A DNA stretch of 64,000 nt from Eledone cirrhosa (lineage: Eukaryota): NCBI GenBank assembly GCA_964016885.1, contig OZ024745.1, positions 130,014,001 through 130,078,000 of the forward strand, written 5' to 3'. Shown here piece after piece: positions 12,495 to 26,923 of the stretch. Position 1 is the stretch's first letter. Every line of letters begins with the position of its first letter. Below the pieces are notes generated by a model. It did no database searches. It saw only the letters and a program-made list of their open reading frames with translations, and was not told where the DNA came from. A program made the translations under genes and the position numbers.

Positions 12495-14517
12495 CTGCGC
12501 ATTCCCAACCAGGTCAATACAAGACAACCTCCACCTAATTACGAAACATCATAGAGAGGGTAGGGTGTAAACCTGGTTTCGGTGGGGCTCTGATCAATTT
12601 AGATCAATCAAAAGCATTCAATAGGGTCGACTATCGGTACCTGGAGGCTGTCCTGAAGGTGGCTGGCTTCGGCCCCGTCTTCAGAAGCTGGATCGCTGCA
12701 ATGCACAGTGGCACCTGCTCAGTGGTCAAAATTAATGGCCACCTCTCGGAACCGTTTCAGGTCTCCCGATCGGTCCGTGAAGGGTGCCCTCTCTTCTCCC
12801 TTCTGTACGTATTGACTCTCGAGCCTTTACTGTGGAAGCTGGAGCTGTTGCAGGGCATCCCGCTCGAACCGGGACGCGGAAAGGCTGTGTCGGCTTATGC
12901 GGACGACATCACCGTGATGGTGTCGGACACCTCAGAAATCGAGGTGGTCGGCAACTTAATGGAGGAAGATGAAAGGTTGACGGGAGCAAAACTTAACCCG
13001 GAAAAGTCGGTGGGCTTGCAACTCGGCACCTGGAGAGGCAGGACCATGCCGTCCAACAGCGTCGTTAGGCGCTGGACGGACAGACCGGTAAAGTTGCTCG
13101 GGGTTTGGTTCGGACCAGACCTCCAGGTGAATAAGAATTGGGACGAGGTGACGCGCAGGGTGGCCAGTCTCACCCAGAAATGGGCTGGGATTAAGCTATC
13201 ACTGAAAGGTCGGGCGGAGGTGGCGAACGCGTACATCGCGTCTGTCATCTACTACTGTCTGACTGTCGTCCCTTGCCCCCGTTCGCGCCTCGCCATCTTG
13301 GAGCGGCTCCTCTTCAAATTCTTGTGGAGGGGTCACCTTCCGCTGGTGAGGCGGTTCATCTTCTGCCAGCACCCTCTACGTGGAGGGCTGGGCATGCCGT
13401 GGCTAATGATGCGCAGACACGCGCTGAGGCTGCGGCATCTCCAGATATTCTGCCTAAACGATGAACAGGTGTGGTCGCCGTTTGTCAGACGGGCCTTTCC
13501 GGAGCTCGTTTCTTTGAGTGAGCTGCAGTCCTGGGTCAAGAAGAGACCGAGACTGGGTGACTGGCATCTGGAATGTTGCCAGGCACTCACTGCCCTCTAC
13601 CAGGCGGGCAATGCGGTCGGTGGAACTTCCACTCTCGAGTTCTATAGAGGATTAGTGGTTGGCAAGTGCGACGACGCACTCGGAGAGGCTCTGGGAGTCG
13701 ACGAAGTCGAACTAACCAGTCTGTACCGGAAGACTTTCGAGCCGGGGACGATGGATAATTTCCAAAAATCCCTCGCTTGGCAGTGCTACCGGGGGCACTG
13801 CCGGTTCGAGATAAGCTCTACAGGCACGTAAGTGCTGTCAGACGGACCTGCCCGAGATGCGCGCAGAGGGACGAAACCGTTCTGCACGCACTCGTCCAGT
13901 GTCCGTGCATTAATGACTTGTGGAGTTATGTTGAACAGCTGTTGTCGCGTGTAGAACGGATCCGGCTCTCGGCCGAGTCCATCATGAAGATCGACCCGCC
14001 GCCTTCTTTTGGCCAGGAAAGGGCAGGCAATTTTCCTCTGTCTGGTGGCAGTAGCGAAAGAGGTTGTATGGTGGACGAGGTTGAAAGGACTGAAGACAGA
14101 CACTTTTCTCTTCGGCCAATCCCTCATCAATTTTTCAAGTTTCACTTGGAAAGGAAGGTGAGGGTGGAGAGAGGAGTGCTGCCCCCAGTACATTTTCTGA
14201 AAGGTGGGTGAATGTGGCGAGAATGGCCCGTGTGAGTGGGCCTACTCTGGTCATGCGGCTGTAGGTAGGTAAATTTGAGGAGGAGAGGGGTGCCCTTCCA
14301 GGGTGCTCTCGAAGAGTCGCGTCTTTCAGGATTGGTGGGGTACCTGAGCGAACCCTGGGTGGTCATCCCCCCCTATTGGGGAATTTTTTCTTGTTGTAAT
14401 TTTCTTGTTACTTTGTTATTGTTATTCATATTGTTTACTCGATTTTTCTGTAAAACCCCACTGTCCCAGTCTTTTGTATTGTCCCCTATATGTCGGCCCC
14501 TGTGGCCAATAAATGAA
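12495..14517 (+). mobile_element. 5'-truncated L1/Tx1-like non-LTR retrotransposon (RT + zf-RVT), frameshifted
   Basis: RSIQDNL, LINLDQSKAFNRVD, SVREGCPLF..LY, AYADD and VKLLGVWF motifs. C-terminal CPRC...ETVLHALVQC after a frameshift near 13795. AATAAA near 14508. Confidence 0.92.
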
Positions 14518-14520
14518 TAG

Positions 14521-14655
14521 TTGCGTCCCTTTACGATCTGAGTTCAAATGCCGCTGAGGTTAACTTTGCCTTTCATCCTTACGGGATCGATAAAATAAAG
14601 TACCAGTAATGTACTGGTTAATTACTGGCCTTGTGCCAAAAGTAGAAACAATTAT
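14521..14655 (+). mobile_element. tRNA-derived SINE (5'-truncated)
   Basis: B-box-like gagttcaaatgcc plus the family body. Confidence 0.85.
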
Positions 14656-14657
14656 TA

Positions 14658-14664
14658 ATAGTAA

Positions 14665-14699
<35 letters not shown>

Positions 14700-14700
14700 A

Positions 14701-14763
<63 letters not shown>

Positions 14764-14776
14764 CAGCATCAGCAGT

Positions 14777-14865
<89 letters not shown>

Positions 14866-14887
14866 CAGCAGCATCAACAGTAGCAGC

Positions 14888-14945
<58 letters not shown>

Positions 14946-14983
14946 TCAGCAGTAGCAGCAGCAGCAGCAGCAGTAGTAGTAGC

Positions 14984-15042
<59 letters not shown>

Positions 15043-15055
15043 CATCATCAGCAGT

Positions 15056-15105
<50 letters not shown>

Positions 15106-15150
15106 AAAAAGAAGCACATCGGATCAGCATCAGCAGCGGCAGCAGTATTA
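14658..15150. repeat. (AGT)n/(AGC)n trinucleotide array
   Basis: Direct reading; it explains the poly-Ser/Leu/Thr ORFs. Confidence 0.95.
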
Positions 15151-15731
15151 ATGGCGGCAGTGGTGGTCGAGTTATTAGTTGTGTCGGAATAGATGGTGTT
15201 GTTCAGACTGACGGTTATATCTCTCATTATAATTCACGCTTCAGATATTGTATTCCCATGCTAGATTTGTCTCTAAAGCATCTTTCATCTTTAGATCCTT
15301 GTTCAAAGAGGCGGTGGTCGAATATTGATTGTTTCAATGATAAACAAAGAAACTAAAACAATAAATAAACGAATAAATAAATACAGAAATAAGCGAATAA
15401 ATAGGTTTTATCCAACCTCTCGCTTCAGATACAGCGTGTGAAATATTCCTTTATTCTCAGACTCAGTAAAAAGCAGGCTTAGCCTTAAAACATGCCTGCA
15501 TGGAAGTAAGGTTGGTGAGAAGCAAGGAGACAAGGAGAAATGCGAGCTCAAATGAAAGTGATTTTAAATACAGAATGCAAGGGAGAATAAGAATGAGAAT
15601 ACGAATGAGAATAAGAATGAGAATGAGAAAGAAGGGAAATGTGAGAATCATATATAGTGGCATATATGTTCATAGAAATATATCTACACATACGTAAAAA
15701 TATGTGTACTTATATATATATATAGACAGTT

Positions 15732-15765
<34 letters not shown>

Positions 15766-15772
15766 CGTATAT

Positions 15773-15890
15773 AGGAAAAGAGTCAGGAACCCGACGTCTG
15801 CGCTCCGGCCGTTTCGACAGCTAGATCCTTTCGGATCGAGTACTCTGGTGCGTTATGGTCCACCTGGGTTCTTACCACACTTTCTTTGTG
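15773..15890. mobile_element. Family A variant
   Basis: cccgacgtctgcgctccggccgtttcgacagcta.. joined to the gagtactctggtgcgttatggtccacctgg tail, in (TA)n. Confidence 0.75.
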
Positions 15891-15987
<97 letters not shown>

Positions 15988-15996
15988 TGTGTGCGC

Positions 15997-16041
<45 letters not shown>

Positions 16042-16998
16042 CGTGCGTGTGTGCGTCTGTGTCAATAATTATGTATAACTGATATATTTTGCCTCCATTC
16101 AGCTTTTCGCTCTCTATACAATATGGATTTCACTTTCCTGCTCTTTATTTCATAAAGAACAATGTTTGTTTCTCTTTGCTCCTCCCAAAATACTCATTTG
16201 TATTGTTGTAAAATCTACTTTTCTCTCATGCTGACTGTGGATTCTTATTAATAACTTACGTAGGTAACCCGTTTTCTTAATAGTATATTTTCATAGATAT
16301 ATCTTAAGCTATATATAACGAGAGTGAGATAGATATTTATAGGTAAATTGGATAATAGATAAATAAACTGAGAATACTACAATAAAATCAATTATGAAAG
16401 ACCTGTACTATTTTTTTATAATGATAGCTATAATGAGGGGATTCACTATGAATAAATCCATTTTCGTGGATTTAAAGGTTCCTCTTTGATTTTATTTATG
16501 ATTTCTCAAGTATTTATTACAGTATTGTGTATTTGTATTTAGGTATCTTTTAATTATTTATGCTAAAGTTCCATGGCCCTATTTCTTCATTTAACATAAT
16601 TTTAGAAAATATGTGACACAAATACTAAAACAAAAACTATAAAATATAGGAATGAAAGAAGCAGACATAAGATCCCTGAAAATTATTTAATACTTTCTGT
16701 ACCCAGCTCTCTAATTACAACAAAAGCTTCTCGTTCGATATGGTGAATCACCTTAGCTACGCTTCAAAACATTTTCTACAATTACTCATGCATAAATAAG
16801 AATTCATAATGTCCTTTTCACACGTCCTAATCGTTTTTTCCTTTTTGCTATAATTTTGTTTTTATTATTTTTTTGTTTCTGAGCAAGAAATCGTTCCAGC
16901 GTGAAATAGCATTTTTTTTAATGCATGCATATATAATGTATATGGGAATTCAAATGTACACGATCTTAAAGAGCCTTCAGCTTGACCATACATTTGGA

Positions 16999-17049
<51 letters not shown>

Positions 17050-17089
17050 CGGACAACGTAAATGCATTTCCGAGTTTTATATCCAAAAA

Positions 17090-17279
17090 TAATTGCTTCT
17101 ACTTTTGGAACAAGGCCAGCAATTACCCAGTACATTACTACTACTTTATTTTACCGACTCCGTAAGGATGAGAGGCAAAGTTAACCTCGACGGGATTTGA
17201 AGTCAGGCCGTAAAGGGACGTAACTATGCTAGAAAGCATGGCGTCGGACCCTCTACCGATACTGCCAATTCACCGCCCT
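17090..17279 (-). mobile_element. tRNA-derived SINE, full length
   Basis: Minus strand starts gggcggtgaattggcagtatcggtag (A-box-like) and has a B-box-like gacttcaaatccc. Confidence 0.9.
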
Positions 17280-17559
17280 ATATCAAATAATAACATTATC
17301 AATATTCAATTCGTTTGTAAAGAAACAGCCTCTTAAGAACATGTGTTTTAGACGACTATCATTATCCTTTTGTTCTAGCAGTAACATAGAGAAATAATGG
17401 ACAATCTTTGTCAAGATTCAGACATACCACGATGAGAAAATAGAAGTTTTATCTCTTTTACAGAATGTAAACAATTCCAATGAAATTATATTTCAATTGA
17501 GTCAATAATGGAGAAAAGTTTATAACTTTGCCTTTTAATCCGTATGGTGAGCAAATGGT

Positions 17560-17950
17560 GTCCCACGTGCTATCCTCCCCACAGCCCCGTCGAACAAGAT
17601 GGAGAAGGCGTTTCCCGGAGGATGGTAAGGGAGATTCGCTGGAAGAGCCATTCCAACTCGCGAGGCTCACATCTGCCAGCTCAGCGCCTATAGTGGTGTA
17701 TAGTGAGCTAGCCATTGGGCCAAGGACACCAGAAGTCTCCAATGCCAAGGGCACGACCGCGAACCTGTCGGAGAACGACCGGTACTTGGAGAGTTTGGCC
17801 TCCTCAGCCCAACGTGCAGCAGTACATGGGCTGGTCGCAGACTGCACCAGGTTGCGGCTGGAGAAAGTGTCGCTGCAAGTGGCATTCCAGACAAGGGGTT
17901 TGCCACCGCAGAACGGGAAGATGGTCATGTATCTACTTTTTCTGCCACAC
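17560..17950 (-). mobile_element. CRE-like non-LTR element 3' fragment (restriction-like endonuclease region)
   Basis: GKPLVWNATCSDT...AAR.AEEAKLSKY....F.VVPLALETSGVLGP. Confidence 0.75.
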
Positions 17951-18155
17951 TCTATACCTCTTGAGAACATATAATATAATCTAACGTATAAATAGGCTGA
18001 TTAGGCTAATTTGCATACAGAGAAATTTTATGGTTGGCTTTGCAGAAAATTAATATAGAATATAGAGGGCCCCTGAGTACAGTACGACGACCTCTCTAGT
18101 GTTGGTGGCATGACTTGGCAAGCTATTTAGAACACTGGTTTGAGAGCTTTACTTC

Positions 18156-18190
18156 CCTCTGAAGAAGAGATATTATCTCGAAAATTAAGG
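18156..18190 (+). ncRNA. Minimal type I hammerhead motif
   Basis: CCT-CTGAAGA-a-GAGATATTATCTC-GAAA-AT-TA-AGG; stem III is reduced to the palindrome AATT. Confidence 0.7.
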
Positions 18191-18565
18191 ACATTTAAAT
18201 AAATCTAAGGTAAAAGACTAATTGTCAACAATATCTTTTGCATTTGCATTCTTTATTCTATGTCCATGCCTGCATTGTTTTGGCTTTATTATACATATAC
18301 AAACGTTTATATCTCATTACACAATGCTTCAAGTGAACTATAACCTCCTCCCATATATATATATATATATTTATTTAGGTTTGTTGGTTCACCTCTGGAT
18401 AGAACTGGTCATTCCGTATGGTCAACCTCGATGTAATATTATGGAGAGCACTCAACGTAGTGCAACTCACCCGTCTTCGTTTGTGTTGTTGGTTGTTCGA
18501 GTACAGAGTTAATTATTATAAAATAACAGGAGGCCGGGCTGGTGTAAATCCTTGAAAGGTTTATT

Positions 18566-18623
18566 ATACTATGATCATTTCAATGACCGGGTTCGGTATG
18601 AATCCGGTGACATCATCAGGTAT
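18566..18623 (-). ncRNA. Type I hammerhead motif in a pLTR-like element (~18372-18740)
   Basis: Minus strand ATAC-CTGATGA-tgtcACCGGATTC-atacc-GAACCCGGTcatt-GAAA-TGATCA-TA-GTAT, followed by AATAAA and a tail to (TA)n. Confidence 0.8.
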
Positions 18624-19589
18624 TCAAAATATAACAAAGGAATATAACACATAAAATCCATGGGGTTGAAAATCAGAGACAAGAGGACGACCGACTATTT
18701 AGCAGTTTCTACCTCAGTTTTAGATTAGTCCGATTTTTAGAGCATTAAGTCGAGGTTGGAATTTGTTAATGAAATATGTTTCCTTATTGGTACGTTGGAT
18801 GAAAGTAGCGTTGTCTATGAATTTGTAAATAGATACATAGATATATATAATAGTAGAACACTGATGGGTTATATCCATAGTAGTAGAGCACTCAGTCCAT
18901 GGGACGAATTTGGTAGAAGTAATTCCACAACAGTTAGTTCACCATACCGAGAACAATTGTTTCACCTTATTCGGATCATCACCACCATACATACATATAT
19001 GTGTACAAACCGGAAAAAATTGAAATGCTGCTTACACGTATTTAATTTCCCTGTAGAAAATTGTGTAATTCCATACATACAAGCTTCTTAAAAATTTCCA
19101 TTGGTAGTTACTATATAGACACACGTACGCAAAACAGTATAATAGGCATAATACACACAACACAACTGTTAATCATTTCATAATATTATATGAGCAGAAA
19201 GGGATATGAATACTCGTAACGCTCTTTGTTAAGGAGGTATTATTCAAAGATATGCTTTGTTATATTATAAAATGCCCTGAAATATCATGTTAGAATTAAA
19301 CAATAGAGAAAAGCAAAGCAACTCATAAGTAGGTGCTTAACAATGTAAAGATATAAATGGCAATTAGCAAACATTTATTTTTGATATCTTCAGCGATTCT
19401 TTCTATAAAGTTATAGAAAATTTGAAGATGTTTTGTAATTGACAGATTGTACTTAAATAGAGAGAGTATATAACATGTTTTACACAAAAAGACACACACA
19501 CACTTACATATGTGCATATATCTATCGATCTGCTACTCTCTCTCTATATATATCTCTCTCTCTCTTTCTTTCTTTCTCTGCTTATATAC

Positions 19590-19647
<58 letters not shown>

Positions 19648-19756
19648 TATATACATTTATATATATACATATATTTATATGTATATATATATACATATAT
19701 TTATATATATATACATTATATGTATATATATTTATATATATATATATATATACATT

Positions 19757-19789
<33 letters not shown>

Positions 19790-20208
19790 CAATACATTTC
19801 TATGTAAATACATTTATATATATATATAAATACACATATATATATATAAATACATTTATACATATATATATATATGTGTGTATGTGTGTGCGTGCGTGTG
19901 CGTGTATGTGTGTGTGTGTGTATGTTTGTGTGTGTGTGTGTGTGTGTGCGTGTATTTGTGTGTGTGTGTATTTGTGTCTGATGTTGTGTGTTATAGAAAT
20001 AATTTCTATAGGGAAAGAACAGTTTCATTTCTAAGAAATCAGCAGTAATGTCCTGATGACTTCACATGAACAAAATACTTCTCCGCAAGTTAGATTTATT
20101 TCTATAAAGTAAATATGTATATTCTTTACAAGCATATTGAGTATCTCATATAAATCTACGGTTAGTTTTCCATCTGCTTCCACATAACTTCTTTAATCAT
20201 GTATATAC

Positions 20209-20272
<64 letters not shown>

Positions 20273-20337
20273 GGGGGGGGGTGCGTATGTGTGTGTGTGT
20301 ATGTATAACTTCTTTAATTATATATATATACATACAC

Positions 20338-20507
<170 letters not shown>

Positions 20508-20522
20508 GTATATATATATGTA

Positions 20523-20566
<44 letters not shown>

Positions 20567-20697
20567 GTGAGGTGTTTTTTATAAAATGAAAAATAACCGA
20601 GGTGTCCTACACGAGTGAAAGTATAAAGAAAAAGAGATGAAATCGAAAATGCAACTGGAGTCTTATTTTTTTTTTAAATATATATATTTATTTGGTT

Positions 20698-20735
20698 CCT
20701 TTACCGGTTTCGCAGTTCTTCTGCTTTTCAAAAGG
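20698..20735 (-). ncRNA. Hammerhead variant with a UUGAAAA core, inside inverted repeat 20627-20785
   Basis: Minus strand CCTT-TTGAAAA-GCAG-aagaa-CTGC-GAAA-CCGG-TA-AAGG. There is a second copy at 54638-54673 and a decayed copy at ~48487-48610. Confidence 0.65.
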
Positions 20736-20782
20736 TGAGTTCAAAATAAGACTCCAGTTGCATTTTCGATTTCATCTCTTTT

Positions 20783-20818
<36 letters not shown>

Positions 20819-20830
20819 CAGAGAGAGAGT

Positions 20831-20868
<38 letters not shown>

Positions 20869-20908
20869 ATGATAAAGATTTGGAAAAAAATCTCATAACA
20901 TTAATAAT

Positions 20909-21087
20909 AATTGTTTCTATGTTTGGCACAAGGCCAGTAATTACTCAGTGCATTACTGGTATTTTATTTTATCGACCCCGTAAGGATAAAAGACAAATTT
21001 AACTTCGGCGGGATTTGAACTCATAATAGCAACGGCCGTAACTCAATGAGTCAAAGCATGGCTTCCGACCCTCTACCGATACTGCCA
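20909..21087 (-). mobile_element. tRNA-derived SINE
   Basis: Family match including gggatttgaactc and ctaccgatactgcca. Confidence 0.9.
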
Positions 21088-21129
21088 TAATAATAATATC
21101 TATTATCTAGTCTTATATATTTCACGCCG

Positions 21130-21430
21130 CTATGGGTGCGACACATGGCTGGTCGATGACGAAAACATTAAATGGCTGAAGCAGCTAACATTTCTTTCAT
21201 CCTCTAGTGGGATAAGATTGCATAACCAGCTGTATCCATCAAACCACAAACAGCAGCTGAGAGTCAACCTACTAGAAACGAACCTGTCTTGGCTCAGACT
21301 TGAACTATGCATCCTTAAATCATGTGGTCTTGATTGCAAATTCTACTGCTATCTATATCATGTTCAAAGTCTGGATGGATGACAAAACAACTATTTATTT
21401 TAAAAATCAAATAAGGTCCGCTTTTAAGTA
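21130..21430 (-). pseudogene. Possible hAT transposase N-terminal (TTF-type zinc finger) remnant
   Basis: WFDGYSWLC....ERNVSCFSHLMF resembles W...Y.WL.Y......FC..C.LF; GPY upstream. Confidence 0.3.
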
Positions 21431-22946
21431 GAGGAGTCATTCAAGTGTAATAGGCATCACTACCCACTCTTCAGGTTTGTGGTTTCCTTGTAGGACAGGT
21501 ACTACTTTATGGATGGAAATCGCACTTGTCACTTCCAGAATTTGTATGTATCACTAACAAAAACGCCTTCAATACTACCCGAAACTAATACAACTACGAG
21601 AAACACACACATCACTATAGCTATACTCATATCGCTTGGTTTCATTCAAGCATTTGTATATCTTCTTTTTGACCAAAATTCTTCATCAATGATTGTGTCT
21701 TCAAACGATTTACAAATACGAGATGGATGCTTTATAAACGGAATCTGTAGACAAACATAATTATGTAATAAGTTCAAGTGATTATAGTTTGTTATTTGTA
21801 AACGTACGGGATCAGGTGATAATATAAAGCTAATCTACTTTCTTAGGCATAACTAATAACCAAAAGCAATCTGATTTTAATGTGAAACAAGCCTTGCCAC
21901 TTTGGGCTTAAGGCTTCAACAAAATGTAGATGTTATCCCATGTGAATGCTTTCGCCGTCTCTAATTTCAGGTTTTTCAGCAGTAATGATCAGTTGCTGCG
22001 GCACAATATAGATTTTGTACAGACGTCTCATATCTAGAAGGTCTGTTTTACCATTTTACATGTGTATCAATGACTTAAATACATTGTTTCATATTTATAT
22101 GCTTGCAGTCCATAATTTCGCATACAAATGCATTTTTATGTATATAAATGTGTGCGGGAGACGCTGTATGTATGTTGATGTATTTGTAAATAAATTGTTA
22201 TATACAGTATACAGATAATGTAGGAATCTGTGTTTGAGTATTTATGTAAATATTAATCGTAAATAGATGGGCATAACGAGAAATAATACGGATCTATCAT
22301 TCTTATCTCCTTGATTAGTACCATGATACAATTTGAGATTTATAAGCTTCCATGCGTCTCGTGTTCAGATAGTTTAATAAATTAATTTGCATAAATAACG
22401 AGAAACTAAATTCATCTGGAAATTTCAAAGTTAGGCGCCATTATATTGGTCATCCAGTGTCGTATTTCTTTCTTCATCTCAGATAGTCAATAAATAATTC
22501 CGACAAATGTTTACCCAAGATTTATTCAGCAAACGTTTCATGTGTACATAAACGAATTACTTCCTTCTTTTATAACATCCCAACGGTAATTAAATCCATT
22601 TATAATTTATATTGTAACAGAAAATGTTAGAAATTCTATTAATCTATTCATTGGGTCTAAGTATTTAGTGATTCATAAAGTCAAGTATTTGAAAACCTAA
22701 CATTTGATACATTTTATTTCATCGCCGCAAACCTCATGATTTTTCATGGTATTTATCTATTAATGCTCAGTAGCTACGTACATGTACCAAGACACGCTCG
22801 GAATATGTATTATCTATGCGCAGTTTTAAGGCACTCACTTATCCGTAAAGAATAAAACGCTAATAATAATTACTAGATGTTTATGAAATACTATACAATG
22901 GAAATATTTGTTTAATGTAAAATAGTGTATTACATAGAGTAGAGAA

Positions 22947-23165
22947 GGGCAGCGGATTGGCAGTATCGGTAGGGCGTCGGAGAACATGCCTTGCAGTATA
23001 GAGTTACGGCCCTTTATGATCTGAGTTCAGATCCCGCCGTAGTTAACTTTGCCTTTCATCCTTATAGGGTCGATAAAGTAAAGTACCAGTCACGCACTGG
23101 GGTCGATTTAATCGAAAATCCCCTCCCCCAAAATGGTTGGCCATGTGTCTATATAAGAAACCATT
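22947..23165 (+). mobile_element. tRNA-derived SINE, long variant
   Basis: tggcagtatcgg A-box-like and gagttcagatccc B-box-like motifs, plus an extra ggggtcgatttaatcga..cccctccccc segment. Confidence 0.9.
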
Positions 23166-23267
23166 ACATAAATTAGACAAATATTTACTTGATGTTTACG
23201 CAATGCAACTTGTAGACGGAACATCGCAGAGGTTTCGGAGTCATTACCATTTTCTTCGGATAGTAAT

Positions 23268-23644
23268 TAATTGTTTCTACTTTTGGCACAAGGCCACCAA
23301 TTATCTCAGAGCATTACTGGTACTTTCTTTTATCGACCCCGTAAGGATGAAAGGCAAAGTTAACCTCGACGATATTTGAACGTAGACCGTAAAGTGACAC
23401 AACTCTATGCTGGAAAGCATGGCGTCCGATCTTCCACCGATACTGCCAATCCACCGTAGTAAATAATTGTTTATAGTTTTGGCACAAGGTCAGCAATTAT
23501 CCCAGTGTGTTACTGGTGCTTTATTATATCGACCCCGTAAGGATAAAAGGCAAAGTCAACCTCGGCAGGATTTGAATTCAGAACGTAAAGGCCCATAACT
23601 CTATGCTGCAAAGCATGTTGTCTGACGCTCTACCGAAACTGCCA
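23268..23644 (-). mobile_element. Two tandem SINE copies (23268-23455, 23464-23644)
   Basis: Two consecutive family matches. Confidence 0.9.
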
Positions 23645-24295
23645 GGAGAGATAGAGAGAACGGCATCTAGACTAGTATGTGGCTAGTTACAGGTTTATAT
23701 TATATCATATAGTTAAGAGATTTTGTTACAGTGCTATCAAATAATCTATAATCGTCACGGTAATATATTGTCAAAAACAATTTTGATTAGACAACGAAAT
23801 GACAGAAGCCTTAGAGCGGAAGACAAAATGTGATGAGTTCACATCGCAGCGAGGTCAAATACATATTTCATCCTTTAGAGTTCATTAAATAATAGCCTAA
23901 TCAATTTCGCTAGACCAGAATAAACTTTAGAGAGTCTGAGAGATCCTTTCCGGCATTTTGAATTTTGAGTTCACATCACACCTAATCCACTTGAGCACTT
24001 GATTTGATTCTTCGTTCAGTCGAATATTATTTGTCTATTGCTAATGCCTTTAGAAGTTTCCATTTTGTTGTACGTAATAGTGACAGATGTCCAGCTCAAG
24101 GATATCTGATACGTATTAATCAGGAACGCTCAGAAAGAATAATGATTCTTTGGTGCTTATCTACTTCCTGTTGAAGTGCCACAAAATGTGTGCAGTAGAA
24201 AAGATGAGCAGGAGCTAAACTAACAACATAGCAATGGACACGTAAAAATGAAAGGGAAAAAATGCAGTAAAACCGTAAAAATGTATGTGTTGATA

Positions 24296-24542
24296 AAAGA
24301 GAGAGAGAGGGTGTGTGTGCGTGTGAGAGAGAGAGACAAAGTGAGAGAGAGGGGGAGAGAGAGAGTGTGTGTGCGAAAGAGAGAAAGAGAGAGATAGAGA
24401 GAGAGTGTGAGAGAGTGAGAAAGAGAGACAGAGAGAATGACAGAGAAAGAGAGAGAGGGTGAGAGAGTGCGAGATAGAGAGAGAGTGACAGAGAAAGAGA
24501 GAGAGAGTGAGAGAGAGAGTGCGAGACATAGAGAGAGAGAGG

Positions 24543-24632
<90 letters not shown>
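24296..24632. repeat. (GA)n-rich microsatellite
   Basis: Direct reading. Confidence 0.95.
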
Positions 24633-24640
<8 letters not shown>

Positions 24641-25425
24641 AATAGAACGTATATTATCGAATATGAATAAATAGATGGACGATACAAGTTATACAGCTAC
24701 GTTTTAATAGATATTTGATCCTAGCTAATTTTTGATAATATTTTCCTAACTAAAAATGATTTCACGTAGCGACATAGATTTTAGTGAACTCTCTAGGAAT
24801 TGGCTTGATTCTGTGGCATGATGCTACATCATATGTGGATTGTGCATACGTGTAGTTTTAATGAAAAGAGAGAAGTTAACATCATATAAAGTGGAAAGAA
24901 TATGAGAATATACATATGCAAGATGAAGCGTTGTAGATGATATAATTTGATATAATATAATATATAAGTCCAAGAGTGGTGCCCCAGCATGGCCCCAGTC
25001 GGATGGCTGGAAGAGGTAAAAGAATAAAACAGTAATCTCCCTTGATATTGATCGCAACATTTTTGCGTGTAACTCAGGACCTTGGTTTTCCCAAAATGGA
25101 GTAAAAAGGCCCTGGATTTGGGAAATGGTATTCAACCTTACCTTTCTCCACTGTTATTCATTTCTTACTCTTCCACCTCTACACGTTTCTCGTCACATAC
25201 TATACGCCCTATTCCTTTCATTCCCCCCTCTCTCTCTCTCTGACCGTTCTTCGTTCATAATGGTTGTTTCTACTCTTTTAATGTCTGCAGTTTTACACGT
25301 ATTCCTGCGTTTGAGTTCCCAACACTTCTTTGACGTAGGCACAGACAGACAGACAGCGAGACAGACAGACAGGCACAAATAAAAACATACACACATGTAT
25401 ACATGCACAGGCAGACACACACACC

Positions 25426-25523
<98 letters not shown>

Positions 25524-25722
25524 TGTGTATGTGCGTGTGTTGGTTGTGTGAGTGTGCGTGTACATATTAGGAAATATATGGGCAAGCCCATGAAATCAAT
25601 ATTAGAATATATTGGAAACCGGATGTAAATCGGGAACAATAAAACTGAATGAAAAAAAATTATACAAAGAGAACTACTGATAGGAAATCCAATATAAGAA
25701 AAGAGACAGCTGGTTGTGATTT

Positions 25723-25826
<104 letters not shown>

Positions 25827-26707
25827 GAGAAAGAGTAAGGTCACCAGATGGCCTAGATAAGACTGAATGCAAAGAGTGATTGATAGCCAAAAGATAAATG
25901 AGGTCTATCGATAAAAATTAGGTCTTTTTGACAGGAAAGTTGGTCAAGCTACATCTGTGTTGATTGGTCGTTTGATTACTGATCTAGAAATACTGGTGAA
26001 TATTGATTGGTTATGAAAGGCACACGGGCATTAGAGCAAATATTCTAGGTCTTTGAAGTCGAAATATTTCAAGAGACCTCTGTTATCACGAACGCACCGA
26101 TGAGTATCTCTCATCTCGTAGTCTTTCAATGTGAACATGTCAGACAACATGGCTGCTTTATTATTACACTTGTTTTTTCATTCCGCTGGATGATATTTTC
26201 TTTCTATTGTGTAGGAATATTTTTCTTTTTGTTATTGTTCATTTAAGTTATTTAGAGTACGATATATTTAGAAGAATGTATATGTGTATGGATAGGAGAT
26301 TGTAAATAATTGTAAATTAATACTGCTTCGTAATATATATATTTTTTCCTTTTCATGCTCACGCGAAACCTTTCGTATTCTCAGGCTTCGCTCTTCGCTC
26401 CCACACCATACCTCACCACACAACCCCACATTCGGATAATATAAATGAACACACACTCATTAATACGGTAACAATACACCAATACACACGCACACAGGAC
26501 ATGCATGTGAAATGTTATATTAGCGAGTATTTATTAAGACATATGCAAGCATTACCATTCTGTTGGTTACTGTGAGAAAAAGAAAAATGAAAGAGACATG
26601 CATTTATGAATAACCATCTCCGGTGTAATAAAATTAGCAGTGTTGACGATATTATCTAGACAATCTCTCACTACACAGCTATGTATATATGTATATATAT
26701 AAATATA

Positions 26708-26790
<83 letters not shown>

Positions 26791-26827
26791 GTACATTACA
26801 TATATATATGTACATATATACATGTAC

Positions 26828-26923
<96 letters not shown>

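Noticed and set aside
14560-15151. Poly-Ser/Leu/Thr ORFs
   Set aside because: (AGT/AGC)n microsatellite
20050-20085. CTGATGA-c-TTCA-ca-TGAA
   Set aside because: No GAAA, stem III or stem I
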